A stretch of 64,000 nucleotides of DNA from Octopus sinensis (GCF_006345805.1 NC_043002.1:82150001-82214000), one strand, 5' to 3'; shown: positions 1-12,924, counted from the first letter of the stretch. Numbers and translations are program-made. Notes: generated from the sequence alone by a model not told the origin.

Positions 1-239
1 AGTCTTGTGTTGCTAAACCAACCAGAAAAGACTAAGATTCAATGAGTTTGAATTCAAAATATATGCTTTAGTGTAATCTCATTAAAATGGTATTTGAAGC
101 AGTTGTAAGGTATATGCTATCAGTGTATTATATCATATTTCTCTCCACTGCTGAATGCTGATTGGCAGTATGGACAGAGATGTAGGAGAGGGTTTAAAGC
201 TTGTTAGAATCATAATGGTGTGGATGGTGATTGTTGTTG

Positions 240-270
<31 letters not shown>

Positions 271-1552
271 TGTTGTGGTAATGAAGGTAATGATGGGGGA
301 GTGGCTGGTCATGAGGGTGGAATGGAGCACTAGCTCTTGGACAGAACTAGTTGTTGATTTATTTCTTACATTCTTGTGTGGCTGTGATTTATAGGTGCTA
401 GTTCAGTATCTGTTACCTTAAATGGCCTTTAGAGCATATCTTCTCATGCCTGACTGGTTTCAGTTCAATGTTCCTGTTGGAAAGAATTGCTTCATTTGAT
501 AAGTGTCATCTATTCAATGAGAATGAAGCATGAACATTTGATTAAGGTTTGCTATCTGGGGAGTAGAAATGTAAAGGTGGGGGGCAGGGGGAGGGAGGTC
601 TTCCTCTCAGGCAACATGAAGAGCTGTCAGCAGTGGTGACTGGCCACACATGAGGCTCACAGATTCTTTATCTCTCAGCCTTTCTGTCCCACTCTTTATT
701 CCCCTCTCTTCCTTTCATCCTTTGCCTCCTCCTCCTCCCCTTCATCTTCATCCTTTTCTCTAGCTTTTATCTCTTTACCTATCTTTCTCTTTCTCTCTCT
801 GTCACCCATTTCTCAGTCTACATCTATAGTTAACAATTACACTGAGTTGCTATTGCTTTGTAGAATGGAGCCAACTGTCCAAGACAAATAATGTGCTGGT
901 CAATTTCTTTCAAATTTCTTTGTGACTGAGATTACAGTTATCAAACAGCTATTTAAAGTAGCAGGATGAGGGTGGATAGGGTCTCCACCAACCCTTACAA
1001 TGCTCATCCCTGTTTCTACCCCTGGGTTTTCTTTCCATTAGTTAAAAATTCTCCGGGGATTTTTATATTTCATATAAAATGCAGCTGATCTGCAGAATAG
1101 GTGGGTGGAACATTGGACTATATGTTTGGCATGTACCCTTATATACACTCAGAGTTCAAATCACACTGAAGTTAACTTGGCCATTCATCCTTCCAGTTCA
1201 GTATTTAAGTATCAGTAAAATACTGGGAATAAGACTGTACTCTCTCCAAAATGTGTGACAAACATAAACTACTAGAGTGTTGGAGTGAAAGAAGGAGTAC
1301 AGCAAAAGTAGATTTGAAGTCTTGCTGTATCCAATAGTCTTCTCATCATTCCAAGATCAAGTCCTGCCAGAATTATCTCTAGCATTTAGAGTATCAATAA
1401 AATAAACACTAGCTTTGTAATGGGTCTCTTCAAACGTGTATTTTACCTACCTATTCTCTACCAATGTTTGGTCCTTTGGCAACCAAATAGTCTGTATTAA
1501 TATAGGCATAAATATCACTAGGTATTGACCATATCTGCATGCAAACTCCAAA

Positions 1553-1588
<36 letters not shown>

Positions 1589-1624
1589 CATTAAAATATA
1601 TATTAGGGTATCTACGAGATACCA

Positions 1625-1674
<50 letters not shown>

Positions 1675-1893
1675 GTGTGTATATACAGTTCAGAGAAGAA
1701 GCTAACAAAGCTTGAAAGATTACAGGATAGTACAGAGCAAGCTATATAAGCTTGTTCAACTACTGTACAATTGGAGCATGAAACTTAGAGTAGCTCCCAT
1801 TTAAATCCTGTGTTTATTTATATTTATTTCTCACTTGATAAAGTGCCTTTTTGTTGTTGTTGTTCTTGCCAACAATGGAATGGTACATTATGT

Positions 1894-2295
1894 ATTCGTT
1901 TATTTGTTTCAGTCATTTGACTGCAGCCATGCTGGAGTACCGCCTTCAGTTGAACAAATCGACCCCAGGACTTATTCTTTGTAAGCGTAGTATTCTATTG
2001 GTCTCTTCTGCCGAACTGCTAAGTTACAAGGATGTAAACACATCGACATCGATTGTCAAACGATGGTGGGGAAACAAACACTGACACACAAGCGTATGTG
2101 TGTATGTATATATATATATATATATATATATACGGCGAGCTTTTTCAGTTTCCATCCACCAAATCCACTCGCACGACTTTGGTCTGCCTGTGGCTATAGT
2201 AGAAGACACTTGCCCAAGGTGCCATGCAGTGGGACTGAACCTAGAAACATGTGGTTGGTAAGCAAGCTACTTACCACACAGCCACTCCTGTGCCT
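1894..2295 (-). mobile_element. tRNA-derived SINE family A, full length
   Basis: Reverse complement of 4207-4583: head GGCACAGGAGTGGCTGTGTGGTAAG with B-box-like GGTTCAGTCCC, internal (TA)n/(TG)n, tail ...TGACTGAAACAAATAAA. Confidence 0.9.
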
Positions 2296-3057
2296 ATAAT
2301 ATGTATACTTTTTTTTTTCGCAATGGATTAGTCAGGAGGATAGGAAGCAGTAGTCATCTTTTCAGTTTCTGTGACTGATACAAAGAAGGGACAAAGTTAT
2401 CTGCAAGACCAGAGACCTGGCTTGAATGTCAACGATAGGATGAACTCTGCTAGCCAAATGATAATATTTAAAAAGTGATAGATTAATTCTACCACCCTGA
2501 AACAGATATTTCCTTCTCTACTGAGCTTTCATACAATTTCTGCCTACAAAATTTCATTCACAGAAATCCGTCCCTCTATTGAGCTTTCATGCAGTTTTTG
2601 CCCACAAAATTTTATTCACAGGACCAAAAGTTATGGCAATGTGCAGGGCTATCTTAGCAGTGTTATAGGCGTTCAGAAAAATGAATACAGTGGGCCCTAT
2701 AGTATATATTCATTGGCCGCAAGCAATAACATACATAGATCACAATTGGATCATTAGATATATCAGGTCACCTGCAGCTGCCCAGTGTGCTCATGCCCCA
2801 AGATAGCACTGGTAGTATCTAGTGAGATTGAGCCCAAATTTATGTAATCATAAAGGAAAGCAAACTCCTTAACTGCATGGCTACGCCTGCACCCAGTAAT
2901 GTGTGTGCGTGTGTGTGTGTGCATGCATTCATCTCTTTATTGCATTTATAAAACAACTTAGTCTTAAATAAAATTAACAGAAGCCAGTGTAGGTCTGGTG
3001 GCTCCTTTTTCAGAATGTAGCTGTCTTGGAGTCACCTCCCTACCCAATTCATCTATC

Positions 3058-3096
<39 letters not shown>

Positions 3097-3323
3097 CGGA
3101 GTGCCATGTCTATACACTTCATCTCTTGTGTGTAATAATAAAACAAGCAAGATTCTTTTAATATAATTAACAGTGTGCTCATTAAAAAGTTATTTATAAT
3201 ATTTGGTTACAATATGCTTAAAGCAGCCAGTCTAAAGATCTTGATTAAAATGTATGTAGCTCCTGTGTGTTAAAATATTAGAGATAACAGCACTGTTGGC
3301 TTCTGAGATAAAGGCAAAGTATT

Positions 3324-3355
<32 letters not shown>

Positions 3356-3565
3356 TGGTCATTTTTGTTTTTTCTTCGTTCCTCTTTCAATAACTATTTA
3401 CTTGTTTAGTGCCGCCAGTGTTTCTTTTTGTTTTGTTTTTGGTGGATAGTGGATGAAGTGGGTGTGCAATGTGGTTTCAGGGTGGATCTATCTAGTAGTA
3501 AGTAAACTGTGATGGGTGGGATATTGTTGTTGCAGTTATAGCAGCAGCAATAATAATAATAATAA

Positions 3566-3803
3566 TAATCCTTTCTACTAAAAGCACAAGGCCTGGAATC
3601 TTGTGTGGTGGTGGTGGTGGTGGTGGTGTTTTTTTTAGTTGATTACATTGACGCTAGTACTCAACCGGTACGTATTTTCATTGACTCTGAAAGGATGAAA
3701 GTCAAAGCCGACCTCAGTGGAATTGGAACTCAAAACATCAAGGTGGATGAAATGCCACTAAGCGTTTTGCCCGGCTTGCTAACATTTCTGCCAGCTTGCC
3801 ACT
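3566..3803 (-). mobile_element. tRNA-derived SINE family B
   Basis: Head (AGCTGGCAGAAATGTTAGC) and core (GCTTTGACTTTCATCCTTTC) on the minus strand, embedded in (AAT)n/(AAC)n. Confidence 0.8.
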
Positions 3804-4206
3804 TTAGCAACAACAACAACAACAACAATAATAATAATAATAATAATAATGGCATATGCGGTATATTAGTAGTCATATTGGTAGATGGTTGGGTGTTGTA
3901 TTGGTAGAGTAATGGTATCTGTAGTAGTAGTAGTAGTAGTAGTTACTGGAGTGTTGTATTAGTATGATAATGATGAGTGAAATGTTGCATTGGTAGGGAG
4001 TGGTTAGATGTGGAGTAAGGGTTGGTTCTGTGATGGTAACAAAATTTCTGTCCCAGTTGACAAGTAGCTCTTCTTATCTATTACATCTCTGTTCATTGTG
4101 ATTAATAATCAACCAGTTTTTTTGACTTGACTATATCTGTATACATACACATATACAGATAGCTGTTGTTTTTTAAACATTCTTCTTCATCTCATTTCCA
4201 CATATA

Positions 4207-4583
4207 GGCGCAGGAGTGGCTGTGTGGTAAGTAGCTTGCTAACCAACCACATGGTTCCGGGTTCAGTCCCACTGCGTGGCATCTTGGGCAAGTGTCTTCT
4301 GCTATAGCCCCAGGCCAACCAATGCCTTGTGAGTGGATTTGGTAGACGGAAACTGAAAGAAGCCTGTCATATATATATATATGTGTGTGTTTGTATGTCT
4401 ATGTTTGTCCCCCTAGCATTGCTTGACAACCGATACTGGTGTATTTACATCCCCGTCACTTAGCGGTTCGGCAAAATAGACCGATAGAATAAGTACTGGG
4501 CTTACAAAAGAATAAGTCCTGGGGTCGATTTGCTCCAGCATGGTCGCAGTCAAATGACTGAAACAAATAAAAGAATAAAGAAT
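4207..4583 (+). mobile_element. SINE family A, near full length
   Basis: A-box-like TGGCTGTGTGGT, B-box-like GGTTCAGTCCC, then CTTGGGCAAGTGTCTT, internal microsatellite and AAAGAAT tail. Lacks the GACTAAAGGCGGTGCTC segment present in other copies. Confidence 0.9.
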
Positions 4584-5369
4584 ATCTCTCTTTTGGCCTT
4601 TTCACTGTCCTTTCTTTAATTCCCCCAATCCCTACATCTTTCTAACTCCCATGCTTTACTCATACTCATTCTTACAGTGGTTTTTACATTATGGAGTGCA
4701 GGACATCACTCTATATAAAATCTTTCTTGCTTCGGTTCCATCTAGCTTTGTTCATTACATGTTATGTTACTGTGCTCCTGTATTAAATATTGTGCTGACA
4801 TATGTACCAGAAAGCTAACTTTCTTAATAGCATAGGCAGTAAGTATAAAAATGATACATTACTTTAGAATTATTAAAATTTTGCATTGCAGTTCACTGGA
4901 GAGGAATGGAGAAATTGATGGAAAAATTACAAATAGAATGGAAGTATAAGTCTAGGGGTCATGATGTGTATTTAAAATAAAATTTTTTTAAAAAACCAGA
5001 TAAATAAAAACCACTTTGCTGGTACACATTCTGTCTGGTAAGGATAATTGTAGTAGATGTGTAGCAGAAACATTTCAGGTGAAAGGGCATGACAAAAGGT
5101 AAAACTTAATGAGTAAGAACCACATTTATGACGAACAATAACTGTCATTATATCACATCAGCAAATTTTATTCAAATTCATGCACTAATTACATTTTTAT
5201 GACTTCTTTTATAATTGGCCTAACTACATTTCATCAAAATCTCTAGTATATACTGTAAACACTTCAGGACTCTAGTCAAAGGCACTGTAGATCAAGTATT
5301 ATATTGGTACTCTGTTGTTGCTGTTGTTTGTTGTTAGATATTTTCTTTTACATATTGTTTTTTTTTTTT

Positions 5370-5720
5370 TATTTCGATCATTAAACTGCAGCCATGCTGG
5401 GGCACCACCTCGAAGGGTTTAGTTAAACAAATCGACCCCAGTACTTATTTTTAAGTTTGGTAGTTATTCTGTCAGTCTCTTTTACCAAACTGCTGAGTTA
5501 CTGGGATGTAAATAAATCACTAGCAGTTGTCAAGTGGTGGAGAGACAGGGGTGCACACAAGCACATGCATACACATACACAGCAGGCTTCTTTTAGTTTC
5601 CATCTACCAAAATCCACTCACAAGGCTTTGGTCAGCTTGGGGCTCTAATAGAAGATACATGCCTGAGGTTCCACATAGTAGGACTGAACCCAAGACCACG
5701 TGGCTGAGAAACAAGTTTCT
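5370..5720 (-). mobile_element. SINE family A, diverged
   Basis: Matches both the tail (GACTGCAGCCATGCTGG-like) and the head of family A in reverse. Confidence 0.75.
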
Positions 5721-6571
5721 TAACCATACAGTCATGCCTGCGAAAAAAAATTTTTTTTAAATGTATTCCGCTTATGGATGTTCACTAGAGCTTGGATTCT
5801 CAACAGCCAGGTCACTGATGTTCTTCATGGGTTTCAAAACTGTTTCAAAAATTCTTTAAATTTAATATATTTGTAGACTTTTGAACAGTTGATGGTTTAT
5901 AGATAGTCATTTTGTGTCACAATTTGTTTGAATTTTTGCTTACATAACCCTTGTCAATGATAGGAATGGAATGGGTGAATACACAAGGATATATTTCTAT
6001 GTAAGATTTAATATAATATATTTGGGCCATTACAAATAGATGTTGCTGCTTCCTGCAAGTAGCACATCAGCTAATTAGAAGAAACTTGGAGTAAAACATT
6101 TGGTTCAGACAATTGCATTTATGGGTTCAGGAGGACCTAGGAGGTACGGCTGTTCTTTTAGTTCATCCAATTTATTTGACTGAAGAGAATGTTCATGTTA
6201 AATTAATGGCAAGGGGTGATGATGTAACCTTCATCAATAAACTGAATTTCAGAGCCCTTAAGAATTAATGGATTCCACACCCCCTCTGTCCCTCTCTCAG
6301 ATATACCATGTAAAGAATATGAAGTAGGATAATAGCGCTGCATGTGTGTGTGAGCGTGTATGTGTGCGTGGGCGTGTGTGTAAAATAATGAAGGCACTAT
6401 ACACAATATAAAACCAAAAAGGAAAAATTCAGTCGTCACTCGTCGTGACTGAGGGTGTAGGGTAGCACCTACATCGCTAGAAATAAGAGCTAGCAAACCC
6501 TTATAGCTGCAGGAAGCACCTCATATATTGACAGGGTGTGTAAATATATATATGTGTGTGTGTGTATGTAT

Positions 6572-6800
6572 GGGTCGGCAAGCTGGCAGAATTGTTAGCA
6601 TGCCGGGCAAAATGCTTAGCGGTATTTCGTCTACCGCTACGTTCTGAGTTCAAGTTCCGCCGAGGTCAACTTTGCCTTTCATCCTTTCGGGGGTCGATAA
6701 ATTAAGTAGCAGTTACGCACTGGGGTCGATGTAATCGACTTAATCCCTTTGTCTGTCCTTGTTTGTCCCCTCTATGTTTAGCCCCTTGTGGGTAGTAAAG

Positions 6801-6802
<2 letters not shown>
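6572..6802 (+). mobile_element. SINE family B, variant tail (B2)
   Basis: AGCTGGCAGAATTGTTAGC...GAGTTCAAGTTCC...TTTGCCTTTCATCCTTTCGGGGGTCGATAAATTAAGTA. The tail TTTGTCCCCTCTATGTTTAGCCC also occurs reversed near 34205-34230. Confidence 0.9.
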
Positions 6803-6887
<85 letters not shown>

Positions 6888-7369
6888 TAGTTATACTCAC
6901 ACACACCACTAGAAGAGATGAATTTGCTTTCTTTTGTTATATTAGAACACCAAACTTACAAGGAGAGAATTCTTTCCCCTGTCCTTCGCACCCCCCACCC
7001 CACCCTTCCAGTTCCCATCACCACACCCACCCTTGTGATGCAACCTAATGCAGGGCATACAATACACGGCTTCAGCTGCATTGTGCATATTGATTTAAAA
7101 AGAAATTGTTAATATGATGCAGTTATATTGCAAATATTTATGTGTCTGTGGCTGGTGCATGCATCATGCATATTTACTGTTTGCAAGCAAGGCAATTGCC
7201 AAGTATTGTTAGCTTATGTGGATGATGCAGATATATTAGTCTTGGGCCAATAGCAACATTGCGTGCATGTGTGCGTCTATCCGTGTTTGTGTGTGTGTAT
7301 GTGTGCGTTTGTTTTTTTAAAAAAAAAATAAACACCAACATGAATGTCTATGATAATGATGATAATAAT

Positions 7370-7406
<37 letters not shown>

Positions 7407-7977
7407 TAATAAGGATAATAATAATAAGGATAATGATAATAATATAGCTGAATGTGAACTGGCTAAAGCTGTTGTTCATGTTAAGAACTTAAAATTCTAC
7501 TGTTTTACTTATATTGCTGTAGGATCTTTTTATTTTAGATGTTTGTTGCCAGCTTCGGCACCATCATCAATGCCACCACCACCACTTCTAGCAACAGTAG
7601 CTTTTATATACTTATTTTGTTTTTTTTTTGTTTTGTCTATTTTTTGGGTTTCTTGATTTTTCATTCCTTACACTGCTATTGATAACATTTCTTGCATTTC
7701 TTTCCATTCCAAGTTTTTTATTTTATTTTATATTTATTATTACCATCATCATTTTCATTATTATTATTATTATTGCTATTATTATTTTTTTTATTATTAT
7801 TATTATTATTTTATTTTATTTTTTTGGTAAAGTGTGATAAATTATTTCATCGCCTTTAGAAATAGTGCTGACTATTTCTTTCTGTCTTTTTCTTTGGGCA
7901 CTATCTGATTGTTGCTGCTGAAGAAAGAACTTATCAGATTTTTTTATATATATTTTTTATTATATTTTAGGTTTTGC

Positions 7978-8028
<51 letters not shown>

Positions 8029-8630
8029 CATCATCATCTTCCCCCCATTTTTTTTTATTTATTTTGGTAAGAAGTGTGTGGGGCGGTGGTGGAGGGTTTG
8101 GAACTGAAGGAATTACCATATTCAAACAAAAGAGAAATATTACAGCGCTGTTTCTTAATGCCATTGCCATGTAGCTCCACTACACACCTCATTGTCAATC
8201 CAGGAGTTTCATTTCAAATGAAAATTAATGTAATTTTAGAGAAATGCAAAAAAAAAAAAAAGTCTTTAAGCATTTATTTATGACATATATGTATATATGA
8301 GTGTATGTATGTATGTATGTGTGTGTATGTATAAATATCTGTGCATATATGTCTGTGTGTGTGTATACATGTGTATGTTGTGTGTATATGTATGCAGTAT
8401 ATACATGTGTGCGTATCTTTAGTATAGCCCTAGGTTAGCCCCGACTGAAATGCCATTCCAGCAACAGCTGTCCTATCTTTTCTTAAAAGCAATTTGGTAT
8501 ATTTAGATTTAGCTGCTATTTCTAGCAAGTCAAGTAACTACATATAAGTCTCCTTCATTGGTCTTGTTTTCATTTCCTGTTTCTTTAATGCAATATTCCA
8601 GAGCATATGCTATTGCTTGAATCTGATTCA

Positions 8631-8851
8631 AGGTGATAAGCTGGCAGAATCGTTAGAGCATCAGAAACATTGTTTTGTGGCATTCGTTGCAGTACATTAC
8701 ATCCTAAATTCAAATCCACTAGGGTCACTTTGCCTTTCAATCTTAAGGGTCAAGTACCAAAGTTGAGAGTACTGTAATCCTTCAATTAGCGTGGGTGTTA
8801 CACCTCCCCACACTCACCCACACAATAGATGAAAATCTGCGAAGTAGAAAC
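8631..8851 (+). mobile_element. SINE family B, diverged
   Basis: AAGCTGGCAGAATCGTTAG head and CACTTTGCCTTTCAATC core. Confidence 0.7.
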
Positions 8852-8860
8852 AGTACTCCT

Positions 8861-9451
8861 TCTTTACTCTTTTACTTGTTTCAGTCATTTGACTGCGGTC
8901 ATGCTGGAGCACCGCCTTTAATCAAGCAACTCGACCCCGGGACTTATTCTTTTGTAAGCCCAGTACTTATTCTATCAGTCTCTTTTGCCGAACCGCTAAG
9001 TAACGGGGACATAAACACACCAGCATCGGTTGTCAAGCAATGTTAGGGGGACAAACACATATTGTTTATTATGCTCTTTACTCTTTTACTTGTTTCAGTC
9101 ATGTGACTGTGGACATGCTGGAGCACCGCCTTTAATCAAGCAACTCGACCCCGGGACTTATTCTTTTGTAAGCCCAGTACTTATTCTATCAGTCTCTTTT
9201 GCAGAACCGCTAAGTAACGGGGACATAAACACACCAGCATCGGTTGTCAAGCAATGCTAGGGGGACAAACACATATTGTTTATTATGCTCTTTACTCTTT
9301 TACTTGTTTCAGTCATGTGACTGTGGACATGCTGGAGCACCGCCTTTAGTCGAGCAAATCGACCCCAGGACTTATTCTTTGTAAGCCTAGTACTTATTCT
9401 ATCGGTCGGTCTCTTTTGCCGAACCGCTAAGTTATGGGGACGTAAACAAAC
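8861..9451 (-). repeat. Three tandem SINE-A 3' halves, 214-bp period
   Basis: Units start at 8861, 9075 and 9289 (TCTTTACTCTTTTACTTGTTTCAGTCAT). The linker ACATATTGTTTATTATGC is repeated. Confidence 0.95.
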
Positions 9452-11142
9452 CACCTGGTTTCTTCTTAATTGTTAAAATATATCTTAAACGGTGCAATCA
9501 TTTCCTCTCCTTTATACCCCCATACTGTATCCATCTACTGTGTGTCATTGATTAAAAGTAGACTGATGTACTTCGACAATCAGTTAGAGCCTAATTGAGA
9601 CAATCTACAGTATTTACATTGGCACCAGAAGTTAGATGCCAGCTGACTAGCTTGCAGTCCTATGTTTTCTGTTGCCCAATCTTATATTGAACTAATATTT
9701 ATATTGATGTTAGACAATTCACATCTTAGTTGGCAACATTGCTGGTAGTTGTTTTTCTTCTCTTGTTCTCTTGAAACTAACATCTGTTTATAATGTTTAA
9801 TAGTAAACAAAGTCCCATGAATGTGTTATGTGTGTGTATCTATACATGTATAAATGTATGTGTATGTTATATATATAATGTGTGCATGTATGTATGTGTA
9901 TACATGTGTGTGATTATGTATGTGTATACATGTGTGTGTGTGTGTGTATGTATATATATATATATATATGTATATATAGTCTTTTCGTGGGAACTGTGAA
10001 TTTGTCCATTCCTTAAATGGAAGTGCATTAAATTTTGTGATCTTAATCAGTATTACTTTTCTTTTCTTTTCATTACTTTTACAATAACATTGCAAAATGT
10101 TTTTTTTTTCTACTTTTTGTTTTTTTGTTGTTGTCGTCCCCCCCATTTGCCATCAAGAGATAATGGACGTTAAAGAGAAACAACGTAATTAAAAGCAAAT
10201 GATTTGCAGTGTTCACATTGAGCTTATTTTATAACCTTAATGTTTTAAAATTCGGCTATTCTTTTTAATGCCATGTATGATTTTTATTCTACATAAGAAA
10301 TAGGAAGACAATCATGCCAATTCAAAAATCTAATTGAAATATTAATCAATAATACATGAGGTGTGGGTGCCGGGTGGGTGTTGGTGTTGGCGTTGTTGTT
10401 GGTGGTGGGGGTGTGGGGTGGGATTCTTTAAAATTTTTGAATGTCAAATTTCCTTTCCTGATGTGTTCTCTCAGTGATAATGAACTTTCGGCTGCTAATA
10501 TCTTCTATTCTCTATGCATCCACTTAACTATGTGAAATGGGGCAAGTCCTTTAGCTTGATAGTATCAAGAACCCAATGACTGCTATGCATTCTTCTTTTA
10601 TCTGGTATAGTGAGGTCATTATATGTAGAAATCATGTCCTCCACAAAGTATTCAGCTAACTAGTGTCTAGTGCATACTAAATGTCAACAGCAAAGGTTAA
10701 GTTTCCTTGTCCTCTTCAGTATTTAAATTGAACTTCATGCATTAAACATGAAGTCTCAATGTTTAACCAGCCAGGGGCTGCCGCTAGAACTCCTAGCAGT
10801 AGGAATAACTACTTCAGCAAATTCCTTTATTCCAAAATAGAATTAAACAAAACAAATGGATTATTTAGTTCGTTTATGATGCTACCATGTTATTTTGTTT
10901 GATTTCAGTAGGTGTGTGGGTGGAAGGGAGTTTGATTTCCCCTTCTCACCCCCCCCCATATCTTGAAACATTCTTCATCTAAGAATGAAGTGGCATGTTG
11001 GGGATAAGTGCCTCCCAACCCAATGGCCTCTCTTACTGTGTTGATAAGGCAAACAGGCAACAGCAAAAAATTTTCATGGGACTTTTTTTTTTTTTCTCCT
11101 CATTTCATGTTGTTTCGGTGTTAATATTTCATGGTACCCCTT

Positions 11143-11352
11143 AAGGTAACAAGTTGACAAAAATTGTTAGCACGCTTGGCAAAATGCCTAACAGCATCTC
11201 ATCCATCTTTACATTCCGAGTTCAAATTCTGCTGAAGTTGACTTTACCTTTCATCCTTTTGGGCGTTGATAAAATAAGTACCTGGAGTTGATATAATTGA
11301 TTTACCCACCTCCCCTAAAATTGCTGGCCTTGTGCCAAAATTTGAAATAGCT
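11143..11352 (+). mobile_element. SINE family B
   Basis: GAGTTCAAATTC B-box, GACTTTACCTTTCATCCTTTT core, GTTGATAAAATAAGTACC. Confidence 0.8.
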
Positions 11353-11865
11353 ATTTCATGGTGCCCCTATATCCCTTCCCTTCAGAAAATGATAAAATTC
11401 TTTAGTATACAGCAGAAGTGGTTAAAGCACAATCTATTCTTAATTTATATTATTTTTATATCACATTTTGGTTACAGGTTTCCAATGGGTCACTGCATTT
11501 ATAATGACAGTGAAATAGTGATAATTTGGGTGGAACAAATACCAAAAGGTATTTTTGTTCAAAAGTACTGGTTTATTGGTTTTCTAGTTAATCAGTTTTT
11601 ATTATACACTGGTGAAAGATATACACACAGATAGACAGGATTATTTTGAATGTCAAATTTCCTATCCTAATGTATTCTCACATTGGTAATGAGTGCTTGG
11701 CTGCTGGTGTCTTTTATTCTATATGCATCTGCTTAACCCTTTTGATACCGGAATGCCTAAAATCACCCCTAGGTCTCTGATAAAAACTTCCTGTTTTGAA
11801 GCGATCTAAATTAAAATCTTCTCTCAAAATTTCATGATAATTAAAGTTCCAAACACCAGCTTAAT

Positions 11866-12061
11866 AATCCTTTCCACTATAGGCACAGGGCTTGAAATTT
11901 TGAGGGGAGGGGAATAGACTTGACTGGTACTTATTTTATTGGCCTCCGAAAGGATAAAAGGCAAAGTCAACCTCAATGAAATTGGAACTTAATGACGTGC
12001 AAAATACCACTAAGCATTTTTTGTTCAATGCATGCTAAGGATTCTGCCAGCTTGTTGCCTT
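11866..12061 (-). mobile_element. SINE family B with 13-bp TSD
   Basis: ACACCAGCTTAAT at 11853-11865 and 12062-12074. Confidence 0.85.
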
Positions 12062-12074
12062 ACACCAGCTTAAT

Positions 12075-12305
12075 TATGGTTTCAAGTTTTGGCACAAGGC
12101 CGGCAATGTCGGGTAAGAGGATAAGGCGATTACATCAACCTCACTGTTCAACTGATACTTATTTTATTGATCCCAAAAGGATGAAGGGCAAAGCCAACTG
12201 AAGTTTAACTCAGAGCATAAGGACGGGCAAATTCTACTTGAGACACTGGTTAATCCATTTAAGCATTTCATTTGATGTGCTAACGATTCTGCCAGCTTGC
12301 CACCT
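12075..12305 (-). mobile_element. SINE family B
   Basis: AAGGATGAAGGGCAAAG core and ATTCTGCCAGCTTGCC head in reverse. Confidence 0.8.
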
Positions 12306-12924
12306 AACACTAATAACGACAGTTAATTTATTTTAAATTCTTCTTTTCAAAATTATCACAAACAGTTGAATATTTCAATAGAAATACACTAACAGAAGGG
12401 TTAAGCTATGCGAAGGAACAAGTCCTTTTGTATAATAATATCAAGAACCCAGTGTCTGCCATGCATTCTTTTATCTAATATAGAGAGGTCATTCATTATA
12501 TGTATAGACCATGTCCACAGTATCTGATGTATACTAAATGTGTTTAGTTACCATTCATATATTCACACATACATGTGTGTGCGTAGTTTAAGTCAAGGTG
12601 AAGAGGCAGTTTGAGAATTTGATATCTTAGTCTTTCATCTGACAATTTTGATAATTTACCTGGAGAAACTGCAGTTAATCATACTCTTGGACTGTGTCTT
12701 CAACTTGGTATATGTGATTTATTTCGTTCTACGTCTTAATAACAGTGAGCGTATTGCAGAGGTGTGTGTGTGTGTATTTAAATGTATGTATGCATGCATG
12801 TATGTATACGCATATAGATATAAAACTCTCTACTTTGAATAAGATAGCAATTCACACCACTGTGAAAACACATGCACACACACACACACACACACACAAT
12901 TATATGTACATGAATGTTTTCTTT

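Larger units (their letters stand above)
11737..12400 (+). mobile_element. piggyBac-like MITE (family C2) interrupted by two SINE-B copies
   Basis: TTAA|CCCTTTTGATACC ... CAGAAGGG|TTAA, with TTAA at 11733-36 and 12401-04. Confidence 0.85.

Noticed and set aside
133-394. Low-complexity ORFs over triplet and dinucleotide repeats (here and throughout)
   Set aside because: Poly-T/I/V/M, YI, CV, HT and SL peptides simply reflect microsatellites
4207-4275. tRNA genes at SINE heads
   Set aside because: A/B-box-like motifs are present, but no complete cloverleaf could be folded and each runs into a SINE body
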